A DNA stretch of 64,000 nt, taken from NCBI GenBank assembly GCA_965279035.1, contig OZ257142.1, forward strand, positions 992,001-1,056,000, written 5' to 3'. The notes beneath the pieces were generated by a model. It was not told the DNA's origin. It made no database searches and saw only the letters and a list, made by a program, of their open reading frames with translations. This document shows, piece by piece, positions 38,431 to 48,377 of the stretch (its first letter is position 1; the number at the start of each line of letters is the position of its first letter). The translations under genes and the position numbers were made by a program. The DNA is from Bacteroidia bacterium. GTDB lineage: Bacteria; Bacteroidota; Bacteroidia; M30B66.

Positions 38431-38435
38431 TGGAG

Positions 38436-38555
38436 TTGGGCCTTGTCCGGGCTATCGCTGCAAGGTGCAATTGGCAATCTTTTCCTACAATGAGCAAAGT
38501 TTAATCATCCGAGTTTTACATTCATCATTGCACCTTTCCGCTCTATCCCTAAGGC
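38436..38555. repeat. Intergenic element with inverted repeats (REP/MITE-like candidate)
   Basis: Perfect 10-bp IR AAGGTGCAAT (38462-38471) / ATTGCACCTT (38527-38536) with GC-rich flanks. Confidence 0.45.
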
Positions 38556-38609
38556 TTCTTCTTTAAAACGAATGCGAAGGTTTTTATTTAATTTAAGGTG
38601 ACTTCAGCA

Positions 38610-39482
38610 TTACTTTTCATCAACAGGTTGTAATCCTTGCTGCGGTTTCTTCGTTTGCTTGCCTTCATTTTTTCCCTCATTCCGAACATCTACATCTTGC
38701 TTAAATTTCCATTTCCCTTTCTCCCAAACAAAGGCATCAAACGTAAAATCGGGACCATAAAATTCATACTGTCCAACTAAGGAAGCTTGACTTGGCGCTA
38801 AATGATCAAACACAATCCAATTCTTACTTTCCTGATATCTCAACGACATCGTTACGCGTTCTGAATGTTCAAAAAACACACGGTACCGTGCACGTTTGCC
38901 ATCATCAAAAATGGGTGCTCCAAAACTCACTTTTCCCGAAGCATCCAACTGAATCACATCTATCAATTTTTTATTACTGAATGCCGTATTGCCATCCCAG
39001 CCAAGAAGCGTGTAATATGTTTTTTTCTTATGAGTGGTTTTGATCACCTTATAATAAAGTGCCCCAAACCATTGATCATTCGAAAGCGATTTACTACTTG
39101 CCTTCGTTATTTCACCCGAAGCATCATAAAGTGGAATAACCGTGTAGGGAGTTTTTTTCCCAGCCTTCAATTGTATTCTTCCATAAAACAAATACGTACC
39201 ATCTTGATAAGGAATATTCCAATTGAAAATTCGAAACCGATCATCGGGCGATTTCAAAATGGCAATACTGCGAACACCTTCAAATGGCATTTCCCAAGAA
39301 TCGGGAGAAGCTAACAGTGAATCAATCCAATGTTCTACCTTTTTTTCAGAAGCAAGTCGTATCGATTCATCTTGGTGATTCAACATACGATTTCCAATGA
39401 CTTCTAATGAATCCAACGAAAAGGGCTGTGCCAGCAATGGCAAATTCGAAATGAGTAGCAAGAAAATAATCAGGCGCGCCAT
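38610..39482 (-). CDS. Exported hypothetical protein; start ATG 39482
   Basis: Signal peptide; SPDDRFRIFNW, WFGALYY, LLGWDG, FGAPIF, FDHL, YGPDFTFD. Confidence 0.75.
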   Translation of the reverse strand: MARLIIFLLLISNLPLLAQPFSLDSLEVIGNRMLNHQDESIRLASEKKVEHWIDSLLASPDSWEMPFEGVRSIAILKSPDDRFRIFNWNIPYQDGTYLFYGRIQLKAGKKTPYTVIPLYDASGEITKASSKSLSNDQWFGALYYKVIKTTHKKKTYYTLLGWDGNTAFSNKKLIDVIQLDASGKVSFGAPIFDDGKRARYRVFFEHSERVTMSLRYQESKNWIVFDHLAPSQASLVGQYEFYGPDFTFDAFVWEKGKWKFKQDVDVRNEGKNEGKQTKKPQQGLQPVDEK

Positions 39483-39483
39483 C

Positions 39484-40767
39484 CTACGCTTCCGTTTGGA
39501 ACCACTCAGAATTGACAAACGTTCCTTTGATTTTCCCTTTCAACACCTGACCTCCAAAAGGAGTATTTACCGATTTACTTAGAATGCTAGACACATCATA
39601 CTGGAACGTGGCTTTCGGATCATAAAGGAAAAAATCAGCTTCTTTCCCAATTTCAATGCTTGGAATATTGAGCCCAAGAATTTTGCGAGGTGCCGAACTC
39701 ATTCGCTCAATCAAGGTTTCCAATGGTATATTTTCTAAAGATGCATTTGCTGCACCAAACAAAGTTTCAACACCAATCACACCCGATTTAGCATAATCAA
39801 ATTCAACCTCTTTATTTTCCAATGTCTGTGGACGATGATCCGAACAAATCACATCAATCGTTCCGTCAATTACTCCAGCTCTTAAAGTATTCCGATCAAG
39901 CTCCGAACGAAGCGGTGGCCACACTTTAAAATGGCTTTCAAAATTTATTAAGGCCTCATCAGTAAAAAATAATTGATGAGCATACACACTACAACTCACA
40001 TCAAGTCCTTCATTCTTTGCATTCCGAATAAGTTCAACTGCCGATTTCGAAGAAATTCCTTGTATGTGAATTTTGGCTTGATGGTATTTTGCCAAGGTGA
40101 GCAATCGAACAATTCCCAACTCTTCTGCAATCGAAGGCTGACCTTTCATTCCTAATTGAACACTCACCAATCCTTCATTTACTTTTCCACCTAAACTCAT
40201 CATCGCATCTTCGGCGTGAAAACAAAGAACACCACCCGAAATGCGGTTGTATTGCATGGCTAAATGAACCAGAACCGAATTCCCAATCGGACTTTTATCA
40301 TCCGTAAATGCAATGGCACCAGCATCAAATAGATCGGCAAGTTCGGCTAGTTGTTCACCTTTCTTCCCAATCGAAATACTTCCCGAAGGATATATATGTA
40401 TTGGGTATCTCGAAGCATTATTTTTAATAAACTCAACTTGCCCACGATTATCTGTCACCGGATTTGAATTGGGCATCAACAATAAACCGCTTATACCACC
40501 AGCCAATGCTGCCGAACTCAAGCTTTGAAAAGTTTCTTTTTCTTCTTCTCCAGGCTCTCCGCAACTCACTTGCATATCAAACAACCCCGGTGAAATCGAA
40601 TAGCCTTTTCCTTCAATAACTTCTGCATTTTCGCTTGAAATGCCTAATTCAATACGAGCTATCTTCCCATCAATTACTTCAACATCTTTAATTTGACCGT
40701 TCTCTTTGCTAGATAAATCAACTAGTTGAACGTTTTTGAAAATAGAGTGGGAGGATGTGCTTTTCAT
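39484..40767 (-). CDS. Dihydroorotase-like amidohydrolase-fold protein with degenerate metal ligands; start ATG 40767
   Basis: PGLFD..GEPG, AALAGG, MPNSNP, PPLR, SDHRP, SKSVNTPF; HxH motif replaced by QVS. Confidence 0.85.
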   Translation of the reverse strand: MKSTSSHSIFKNVQLVDLSSKENGQIKDVEVIDGKIARIELGISSENAEVIEGKGYSISPGLFDMQVSCGEPGEEEKETFQSLSSAALAGGISGLLLMPNSNPVTDNRGQVEFIKNNASRYPIHIYPSGSISIGKKGEQLAELADLFDAGAIAFTDDKSPIGNSVLVHLAMQYNRISGGVLCFHAEDAMMSLGGKVNEGLVSVQLGMKGQPSIAEELGIVRLLTLAKYHQAKIHIQGISSKSAVELIRNAKNEGLDVSCSVYAHQLFFTDEALINFESHFKVWPPLRSELDRNTLRAGVIDGTIDVICSDHRPQTLENKEVEFDYAKSGVIGVETLFGAANASLENIPLETLIERMSSAPRKILGLNIPSIEIGKEADFFLYDPKATFQYDVSSILSKSVNTPFGGQVLKGKIKGTFVNSEWFQTEA

Positions 40768-42803
40768 TTCAACAAGCGTATTAAGGCAATTTCTACAGCT
40801 AAAAAGAAGAGTGCAAGAACAATGAATAATTTCCAAAATGGTCGTCCTTCATCTAACTGTGAAATTTCCTGTTTTAGTTCTTTTAAGGAGCCATCTAAAA
40901 CCCGAGCTGTTGTCCAGCCTGCTTTTTCCAAGGTGCTCAATAGTTCTTTTTCATCATAGAAACGAGAGATCGATTCTTTTCTATCATAATTAAATGATAC
41001 GGCAGCCAAAACGGAATCTCCTTGCTGTATCACATAGTTTCCAGCTTCAGTAATCTGATTTCGGACAAATACCTGCGTTTTACCATCTATCGTTCGATGC
41101 TCAGGAATCATTTCCATTTTACTCTTTACCGAACGAATTTTCAAACTCTGATCTCCTGTAAGTTGAGTATTATAAAGTTCTATAGGTTCTTCTTTACCAA
41201 TAGTATAATAGAGTCGAGATGGTGCAATACTATACAATCCCATTTTGTAAAACGTAGGAATAAAGATCGCGTGTTTTGGAAAATTACTAGCTTCTTCTTC
41301 TAATGGAACAGCACTTAAATACACTTTCCCTTTTCCACTGGCATAGGAAGCCATCATCAATTCTCCATTTTGCAAACGCAATAAAACATCTTCTTGAACC
41401 TTACCAATAGCTTTAAACGGCAAATATTTTTTCACCAAAGGCAAATCAATATTTTCCTGTTTCTTTTCAAAAACATCGTCGTACAATGGATGTTGTAAAT
41501 TGATTTTATCTGCCTTTTGAGCTACCAATTGCAAAGTTCCATAACTAGCAATACCGAGAGCAGAAGAAAACATACGATAGCTTTCAGCATCCGCATTTAA
41601 ATCAGGCAAAATACACAAGGAACCTCCATTTTGAACAAACTTTTTAAGCTCTAAGGATAATCCCGAAGAGATAGATGGAACTTCATTTAAGATGATAAGA
41701 TTCTGAAGTGGCAAGAGTGCATAATCGACTTGCTGTGCAGAACTATTTTTTATTTCAAATGCTGGATTGTTTCCATACAGTTGTTGTAAATAAACACTTT
41801 CACTTTTGCCATTTAAAACCAGAATTCGAATTTTCTCTGGCACATTGTACGAGAAGTAAAACGCATCATCAAACGTTACGGGATAATCGCTAAACCGAAT
41901 CTCACCTTGATTAAATCCGCTTCCCGAAGTTGTATAGGAAATGGAAGAATTAATGGTAGAATCAGGGCCAACGCTTATGCTTTCTAGTCCTCTTTCAGTC
42001 GAATTGATACTCAACTTAACAGGCACGTTCGAATAGCGCTTTGCTCCAGAATTGTTAATTCGAAATAAAATGGAATCAGGCTTCGATTTTTCTCTAAATG
42101 GTGTTGCAAACCAGCAGGAATCCATTGAAATATTATCACTTATTTGTGCCTTGAGATGAATGCAATTGAGGTCAAATGAACTATCCGGTTTTAACGAACT
42201 CAGATCAGCAGTATTTTTTTGGAAATCAGAAATCAAGTAGATAATTCCATTATCCATTTTCTCTTGCCGAATCAGGTCTTCTTGCCTTTTAACAATGTCA
42301 ACCAAATTACGTGAAACCGGAGAAGGCTTCACTTCATTGAGCATTTGTTCAAATTGCTCACGCGTCAACAACTGCTGATGACGTCCTTCAAAATCATTCG
42401 TGAGAAGCTGAAATCGATCAGAAGGTTTATAGGAACGAACAATGTCTTGAGCGTGTTTTCTTGCTAATTCTATCAAAGAACCCGTTTCGGCTTGAGCATC
42501 TAAGCTAAACGAGTTATCGATGTATATACTTATGGCTCGGCTTCCAGTTCTTTGTTTGGAGGTGGAAGGAATAAAAGGTTGAGCAAATGCGAAAACCAAA
42601 GCGATAAGTGCTAAACACCGACTTATTAATATGAGAAGATGGCGAAGCCTCGATCGAGATTGAGTTTCTTGACGCAGTTCTTTTAGAAAACGAACATTGG
42701 TGAAATAGATCGTTTTGAATTTGCGAAAATGGAATAAGTGAATGATAATAGGCACAAGCAGAGATAGAAGTGCCCAAAAAAAGTATGGATTCGCAAATTT
42801 CAT
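40764..42803 (-). CDS. BatA N-terminal / vWA domain membrane protein
   Basis: FANP..LVPIIIHLF...FTNVRFL...AFAQP; DNSFS MIDAS-like motif, ISDFQ; C-terminal TM. Confidence 0.85.
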   Translation of the reverse strand: MKFANPYFFWALLSLLVPIIIHLFHFRKFKTIYFTNVRFLKELRQETQSRSRLRHLLILISRCLALIALVFAFAQPFIPSTSKQRTGSRAISIYIDNSFSLDAQAETGSLIELARKHAQDIVRSYKPSDRFQLLTNDFEGRHQQLLTREQFEQMLNEVKPSPVSRNLVDIVKRQEDLIRQEKMDNGIIYLISDFQKNTADLSSLKPDSSFDLNCIHLKAQISDNISMDSCWFATPFREKSKPDSILFRINNSGAKRYSNVPVKLSINSTERGLESISVGPDSTINSSISYTTSGSGFNQGEIRFSDYPVTFDDAFYFSYNVPEKIRILVLNGKSESVYLQQLYGNNPAFEIKNSSAQQVDYALLPLQNLIILNEVPSISSGLSLELKKFVQNGGSLCILPDLNADAESYRMFSSALGIASYGTLQLVAQKADKINLQHPLYDDVFEKKQENIDLPLVKKYLPFKAIGKVQEDVLLRLQNGELMMASYASGKGKVYLSAVPLEEEASNFPKHAIFIPTFYKMGLYSIAPSRLYYTIGKEEPIELYNTQLTGDQSLKIRSVKSKMEMIPEHRTIDGKTQVFVRNQITEAGNYVIQQGDSVLAAVSFNYDRKESISRFYDEKELLSTLEKAGWTTARVLDGSLKELKQEISQLDEGRPFWKLFIVLALFFLAVEIALIRLLK

Positions 42804-42884
42804 CGGGTTTCAAAGATACATTCAATTTTCATCCTTAAATAAACATCCTTCATTCCTCAAATTCTTATTATTAATCTTAGAACT

Positions 42885-43529
42885 ATGGAAAATTATAGAG
42901 TTGATATTCAAAAGATTAAACAAGCACTTTCGAAAGAATTACCGGGCGAATCGGCACAAATGAAGATGGCTCCTATTTCTCGACCGCGTTTTTCAGATAT
43001 GCCCAAAGACACGAATGAGATAAAGAAAGCAGCTGTTTTAATCCCAATTTTTAGTAACGGGAACGAAGACTTTCTATTGTTAACAGTTCGTAGTATCTAC
43101 GATGGTGTACATAGTGGACAAGTTAGTTTTCCAGGAGGTAAGTTTAATGAAGAAGAAACCGATCCACATTTAGTCGCTTTAAGAGAAATGCAGGAAGAAA
43201 TTGGAATCGATAAAAATCAAGTAGAAATTCTTGGTAGCTTAACACCTTTATATATTCCAGTAAGTAAAATGCATGTTCAACCAGTTATCGGCTGGTTAAA
43301 TTCAAGGGATTGGCAACCTGCCGAATATGAAGTTGCTAGCATTCTTGAAGTGCCCCTTTCTGAGTTATTTGATATACAAAATAGAAAGTCAAAACCCATG
43401 AATCTATCTTCAGCAGGGACTTTAGATGTTCCCTATTTTGAACTTCAAGGTCATGTTGTTTGGGGCGCAACAGCAATGATGCTCAGTGAGTTTATAGATA
43501 TTTTGAGAGAGTTTAATGAATTTTATTAA
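42885..43529 (+). CDS. Nudix CoA pyrophosphatase
   Basis: AAVL, HSGQVSFPGG, ALREMQEEIG, WGATA. Confidence 0.9.
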   Translation: MENYRVDIQKIKQALSKELPGESAQMKMAPISRPRFSDMPKDTNEIKKAAVLIPIFSNGNEDFLLLTVRSIYDGVHSGQVSFPGGKFNEEETDPHLVALREMQEEIGIDKNQVEILGSLTPLYIPVSKMHVQPVIGWLNSRDWQPAEYEVASILEVPLSELFDIQNRKSKPMNLSSAGTLDVPYFELQGHVVWGATAMMLSEFIDILREFNEFY

Positions 43530-43719
43530 AGTACCTCAAGGCAAATTTTAAAATAATAATAAATAAAATTCCTCCACCAATTATAAATACAACCCAATTG
43601 GTATTTCCAAATTGCTTGATATTAACTTGTTTGTCCTTTCGAAAACTCCAAACGATTGCGATAATAAATACAATAAAAAAAACGGAAGCGAAAATCCAAT
43701 GCCCAGGAGTAATGTCCAT
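43513..43719 (-). CDS. Small two-TM membrane protein
   Basis: Two hydrophobic helices separated by SFRKD loop. Confidence 0.6.
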   Translation of the reverse strand: MDITPGHWIFASVFFIVFIIAIVWSFRKDKQVNIKQFGNTNWVVFIIGGGILFIIILKFALRYFNKIH

Positions 43720-43725
43720 AAAATG

Positions 43726-43750
43726 AAAAAGGCCGGAAAACCGGCCTATT
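43726..43750 (-). terminator. Intrinsic terminator
   Basis: AGGCCGG-TTTT-CCGGCCT followed by T-run on - strand. Confidence 0.7.
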
Positions 43751-43764
43751 TAAACTTTAATAGT

Positions 43765-44475
43765 TTAATGTTTTATTGTAATTCGTCCGGGTTTGCTGCT
43801 TTTTCCATTCTCACGAATTGAATAAAAATATAACCCAGCTTTCAAGTCTTCTGTTGGAATTGAAATAACACCTTCTACAGAATTTAATTGAACACTTGCT
43901 ACTTTCACCCCAAGCATATTAAATAACTCAATGCTTGCAGTTTCGTTATTTGTAGAGCGTGCAAATGAAATATTTAGTTTATCATCAACAGGATTTGGAA
44001 AAGCTTTTAAAGCAGTTTCAGAAGAAACATTTTTAATTCCTAATGGTGTTACTTCAAAAGTCACAACAACATTTGTTGAATCCGAAGTATTATTTGCATC
44101 AAAGAAAGTATACTGAATTTGAGCAGTTCCCGAATTCATATTAGGGCGAAGGTGAGCACTAAATGCAGTAGATGTAGCACCACCATCCATAGTTAAAGGA
44201 TTTGGAGTTAAGCTAACTCCTTCCACATAACACGCTAGCCAGCAAAAGAAATTGGATGATCCAGTTATTGGAGAAAGAACAGTTCTGCGAACTTTTATGT
44301 CCTTTTGTTCAGAAGAGTTGTTCGTAACGGATAATCCAAGTTCTAATTCAAATTCATCTGCAGCTCCTGTAATAGTTGTGTTTTGAGTATTTACAACAAT
44401 ACTTTGAGCATTTAGTGTATATGATGTCAGAATAAAACTCACTATGGCAAAAGAATGAAGTAGTACTTTCTTCAT
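43765..44475 (-). CDS. Small T9SS cargo protein (Ig-like domain with CWLAC motif)
   Basis: Signal peptide; FCWLAC; CTD AFPNPV...GLYFY...RITIKH. Confidence 0.8.
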   Translation of the reverse strand: MKKVLLHSFAIVSFILTSYTLNAQSIVVNTQNTTITGAADEFELELGLSVTNNSSEQKDIKVRRTVLSPITGSSNFFCWLACYVEGVSLTPNPLTMDGGATSTAFSAHLRPNMNSGTAQIQYTFFDANNTSDSTNVVVTFEVTPLGIKNVSSETALKAFPNPVDDKLNISFARSTNNETASIELFNMLGVKVASVQLNSVEGVISIPTEDLKAGLYFYSIRENGKSSKPGRITIKH

Positions 44476-44664
44476 GGGTAGTATTTTTTGGCAATTTACA
44501 AATTACTTTAATATCATAAACATGTAGATAGAATAAATGTTTTATCTGCAAGAATTCAAACTTTTGTAGCCCCTAAAATTTTTAATCATTAAAAAAAACA
44601 AACATATTTTGTAATGTAAATAAAATGATGAAATTTGTAATTCATTGAATTTTCTCAACTAGAC

Positions 44665-46131
44665 ATGAAAAAACTTTTACAAACTACCCTTGTTGCAGCA
44701 ATGACCATGCTCGCCGGGAATTCTTACAGTCAAATGGCGAATGGCTCTTTGGCTCCATCTCTTAATCTTACCGATTTGAACGGCAATACATATGATGTAG
44801 ATGCTCTTCTTGCTGCTGGTAAAACTGTATTCATTGATGTTTCTGCTACTTGGTGTGGCCCATGTTGGAACTTCCACCAAACTCATATCCTAGAAGATCT
44901 TTACAATCAATATGGTCCTGGTGGAACTAATGAAGTTCAAGTTTTTTGGATTGAAGGTGATGCTACAACTACTGTAGCTGAAATAAGTGGTTCAGGAACT
45001 AGTACTCAAGGTGACTGGACTGCAGGAACAACATTTCCAATGTGTGATGATGCTGTTGCATCTAATGCTCTTCAAATTGGATTTTTCCCAACTCTTTATA
45101 TGATTTGCCCTAGCCGTCGTGTTTGGCATATCAGCCCTTCAGAAGTTGGTGCTTACTGGCCAGTATCACAGCATATTGCTAATGCTCGTGCTTGTACTAA
45201 TCCTATTGATGCTGTAATGGATTCTTATACAGGAGAAACCTCCACTTGCGGATATGTTTCTCAGCTTAAAGTGAAATGTCAAAATAAAGGTGTTAACACG
45301 TTGACCTCAGCAACTATTACTGCTTCTATAGGTGGAAATGTTGTTGCCTCTAAAGCATGGACTGGTTCATTAGAGCAGTTTCAAGCTGTTGAAGTAAATA
45401 TTGGATCACATACATTTAATGCAAATGAAGATGTAGAATTTGCAATTACTCCAAATGGAACTGACGTTGCTCCTTCTGATAATATTGGAACTCAAACTAT
45501 TTCAATGGCTCCAGAAGTTTCTAATACAACGTTAATTGTTAAAATTACAACTGACCAATACGGTTCAGAAACTACTTGGAAACTTCGTAAAGGAAACAAT
45601 GCAGTTCTTGCTTCTGGTGGTCCTTATGCTGATCTAGCAGCAGCTGGAGAAGGTGTTCAACCTGATGTTACAGTTACTCTTCCAGCTAACGATTGCTACA
45701 AATTTGAAATGATTGATGGATACGGCGATGGTATGTGCTGTAATTATGGAAATGGTGGATATCAAGTTACTGATGATGCTGGAAACGTGTTAATTTCTGG
45801 TGATCAATATGGCGCTTCAGAAATTAAACGCATTAGTTATGGTGTAACTTCAGTTGGAAATGATCTTTCTTCCATTGCTTCTGTTAATGTTTATCCAAAT
45901 CCATCTAACGGGCTTTGTAATGTGACTATGTCTTTAACTAAAAACGAAGATGTAAGCTTCCGTGTTTACAATGTTTTAGGTTCTTTAGTTTCTTCTCGTA
46001 ATATGGGCAACCTTACTCCTGGAGATTACATTTATCAAATGGATTTATCTGGTCAAGCATCAGGTGTTTATACACTTGTCATGCAAACCAATCAAGGTGT
46101 GAAATCATACATGGTTAGCATTAACCATTGA
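44665..46131 (+). CDS. T9SS-secreted thioredoxin-fold (redoxin) protein
   Basis: SATWCGPCW, FPT cis-Pro motif, GDGMCCNYG, CTD VYPNPSN...GVYTL. Confidence 0.85.
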   Translation: MKKLLQTTLVAAMTMLAGNSYSQMANGSLAPSLNLTDLNGNTYDVDALLAAGKTVFIDVSATWCGPCWNFHQTHILEDLYNQYGPGGTNEVQVFWIEGDATTTVAEISGSGTSTQGDWTAGTTFPMCDDAVASNALQIGFFPTLYMICPSRRVWHISPSEVGAYWPVSQHIANARACTNPIDAVMDSYTGETSTCGYVSQLKVKCQNKGVNTLTSATITASIGGNVVASKAWTGSLEQFQAVEVNIGSHTFNANEDVEFAITPNGTDVAPSDNIGTQTISMAPEVSNTTLIVKITTDQYGSETTWKLRKGNNAVLASGGPYADLAAAGEGVQPDVTVTLPANDCYKFEMIDGYGDGMCCNYGNGGYQVTDDAGNVLISGDQYGASEIKRISYGVTSVGNDLSSIASVNVYPNPSNGLCNVTMSLTKNEDVSFRVYNVLGSLVSSRNMGNLTPGDYIYQMDLSGQASGVYTLVMQTNQGVKSYMVSINH

Positions 46132-46151
46132 TTCTTAAAATAACTACAGTT

Positions 46152-46179
46152 GAAAACCGGGAAGAAATTCCCGGTTTTT
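46152..46179 (+). terminator. Intrinsic terminator
   Basis: AAAACCGGGAA-GAAA-TTCCCGGTTTTT. Confidence 0.75.
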
Positions 46180-46195
46180 CTATTTTTACCCAATC

Positions 46196-46711
46196 ATGAA
46201 AAAACTACTCCTCATTTCTTTTCTTTTTCCTACAATTTTATCGGCTCAACTTCTCGATATCGTTCGACCAATTCCTTCCATTGAGGTTAAAACTATTGAT
46301 GGAAAGACATTCAATACAGCTGATTTCGAAAATGGTGGCAAACCCATTATCATTAATTTCTGGGCTACATGGTGTAAACCATGCATTGCAGAATTGACAA
46401 ACATTGATGAAGTGTATGAAGAATGGGTAAAAGAAACAGGCGTTAAAGTAATCGCCATCTCAATTGATGATTCGCGAAATGCTACAAAAGTTGCTCCTTT
46501 TGTTAGCGGTAGAGGTTGGACATACGAAGTATATCTTGATCCGAATTCAGACTTCAAACGAGCTCTCAATGTGAATAATCCTCCTCAAACTTTTCTAATA
46601 AACGGAAACAAAGAAATAGTTTGGCAACATAACGGTTACCAAGAAGGGAGTGAAATTGAGCTATATGAATTAGTGAAAAAATTAGCTGAAGGGAAGCCAT
46701 TAGCTCATTAA
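46196..46711 (+). CDS. TlpA-family disulfide reductase (periplasmic)
   Basis: Signal peptide; INFWATWCKPCIAEL. Confidence 0.92.
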   Translation: MKKLLLISFLFPTILSAQLLDIVRPIPSIEVKTIDGKTFNTADFENGGKPIIINFWATWCKPCIAELTNIDEVYEEWVKETGVKVIAISIDDSRNATKVAPFVSGRGWTYEVYLDPNSDFKRALNVNNPPQTFLINGNKEIVWQHNGYQEGSEIELYELVKKLAEGKPLAH

Positions 46712-46714
46712 ACT

Positions 46715-48349
46715 ATGAATTTTAAAATCCTTAAATGGACAACTTTGTATTGTCTAGGTGCATTTGGTTCGACACTTTTTGCCCAACAAAATAATCAGGG
46801 CGAATTACATGGAAATTTTCAACTGGATGCTCAGTATTACAATATTGACTCTTTAATTGGGGCTCCCGTTGTAAAAGAAAAGATTTTGACGAATGGCTTT
46901 ATGAACATTCGTTACACAAAAGGAAACTTCTCAAGCGGTATTCGATATGAAAGCTACTTGAATGTTATGCAGGGTTTTGATCCTCGTTACAAAGGCTCAG
47001 GAATTCCTTTTCGTTTCGCATCTTATAAAAATGATCAATTAGAAGCAACAGTTGGGAATTTTTATGAGCAGTTTGGAGGCGGACTTATTTTAAGAGCTTA
47101 TGAAGAAAGAGGATTGGGCTATGACAATGCCTTTGATGGTATTCGTGTTCGATTTCAACCAAAAAAGGGGATATATTTTAAAGGATTGATCGCAAGGCAA
47201 AGAACATTTTTCTCGTTAAGCCCTGGAATTATTAGAGCCTTTGATGCTGAAGTGAATTTGGCTGAATTATTAAATAATCCTGATTCAAAAACGACCATTA
47301 TTTTTGGTGGTAGTGCGGTAAGTAGATTTCAAAGAGATGAAGACCCTATATATAATTTACCTGAAAATGTTGCCGCATTTGCTGGTAGAATGAACCTTAG
47401 TAGAGGAAAATTCAATCTTCAAGCTGAATACGGTTATAAATACAATGATCCGAATGCAACCAACAAAATGATATATCATCCTGGTCAAGCATTGTCTGTA
47501 ACTACAACATTTTCAGGAAAAGGATTTGGTTTATTATTAGCTGCTAAGCGCTTAGATAATTTTGATTTTAGATCGGATAGAACTGCTGCTGGAATTGGTG
47601 CTAACATTAATTTTCTTCCAGCACTTACAAGGCAACATACCTATAATCTTCCCGCAACGATTTATCCTTATGCAACTCAACCAAATGGTGAAATGGGTTT
47701 TCAAGCGGAATTAAGCTATAGATTAAAAAAAGGATCAAATCTGGGAGGAAAGTACGGTACAGATATCACCTTAAATTTCTCCGGTACGAATGGTATCGTG
47801 AAAAATGCAACTTCAAATGATACTTTAGGATATACTTCACCCTTCTTCAAAGCATCTAAACAAATGTTTTTCCGTGACTTTCACATCGAGATTCATCGTA
47901 AATTAAATGCTAAATGGAAAGCCACAATCATGTATTTAAATTGGGTTTATAATAAAGATGTAGTTCAGGGTTTAACAGGTTTCGGGACTATTTTTGCGAA
48001 TATGGGTGTTCTGGATGTTGCCTATAAGTTGAATCCACGAAATACAATTCGAGTTGAGACTCAAACACTCATTTCGAAACAAGATATGGGCAGTTGGGCG
48101 ATGGGATTGATAGAATATACGTTTGCTCCAAATTGGTTTGTTGCTGTTCTAGATCAATATAATTATGGAAATCCAGATCCAATAAAACAAATTCATTACT
48201 TCACTGTCAATACTGGATATACGAATAATGGCAACCGAATTATGCTTCAATATGGTCGTCAACGTGCAGGTATTTTTTGTGTTGGAGGAGTTTGTAGAAG
48301 CGTTCCCGCATCAAATGGATTTTCAATTTCTATAACAAGTAGCTTTTAA
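46715..48349 (+). CDS. DUF6029-like outer-membrane beta-barrel protein
   Basis: GNFYEQFGGGL, amphipathic beta strands, C-terminal GIFCVGGVCRSVPASNG...F. Confidence 0.75.
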   Translation: MNFKILKWTTLYCLGAFGSTLFAQQNNQGELHGNFQLDAQYYNIDSLIGAPVVKEKILTNGFMNIRYTKGNFSSGIRYESYLNVMQGFDPRYKGSGIPFRFASYKNDQLEATVGNFYEQFGGGLILRAYEERGLGYDNAFDGIRVRFQPKKGIYFKGLIARQRTFFSLSPGIIRAFDAEVNLAELLNNPDSKTTIIFGGSAVSRFQRDEDPIYNLPENVAAFAGRMNLSRGKFNLQAEYGYKYNDPNATNKMIYHPGQALSVTTTFSGKGFGLLLAAKRLDNFDFRSDRTAAGIGANINFLPALTRQHTYNLPATIYPYATQPNGEMGFQAELSYRLKKGSNLGGKYGTDITLNFSGTNGIVKNATSNDTLGYTSPFFKASKQMFFRDFHIEIHRKLNAKWKATIMYLNWVYNKDVVQGLTGFGTIFANMGVLDVAYKLNPRNTIRVETQTLISKQDMGSWAMGLIEYTFAPNWFVAVLDQYNYGNPDPIKQIHYFTVNTGYTNNGNRIMLQYGRQRAGIFCVGGVCRSVPASNGFSISITSSF

Positions 48350-48377
48350 TATTGTTAAATTGTTTCACATGTTGACT

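Noticed and set aside
38306-38566. 86-aa ORF spanning the ABC exporter end and the intergenic element
   Set aside because: Out-of-frame overlap with no protein features; the region is better explained as non-coding
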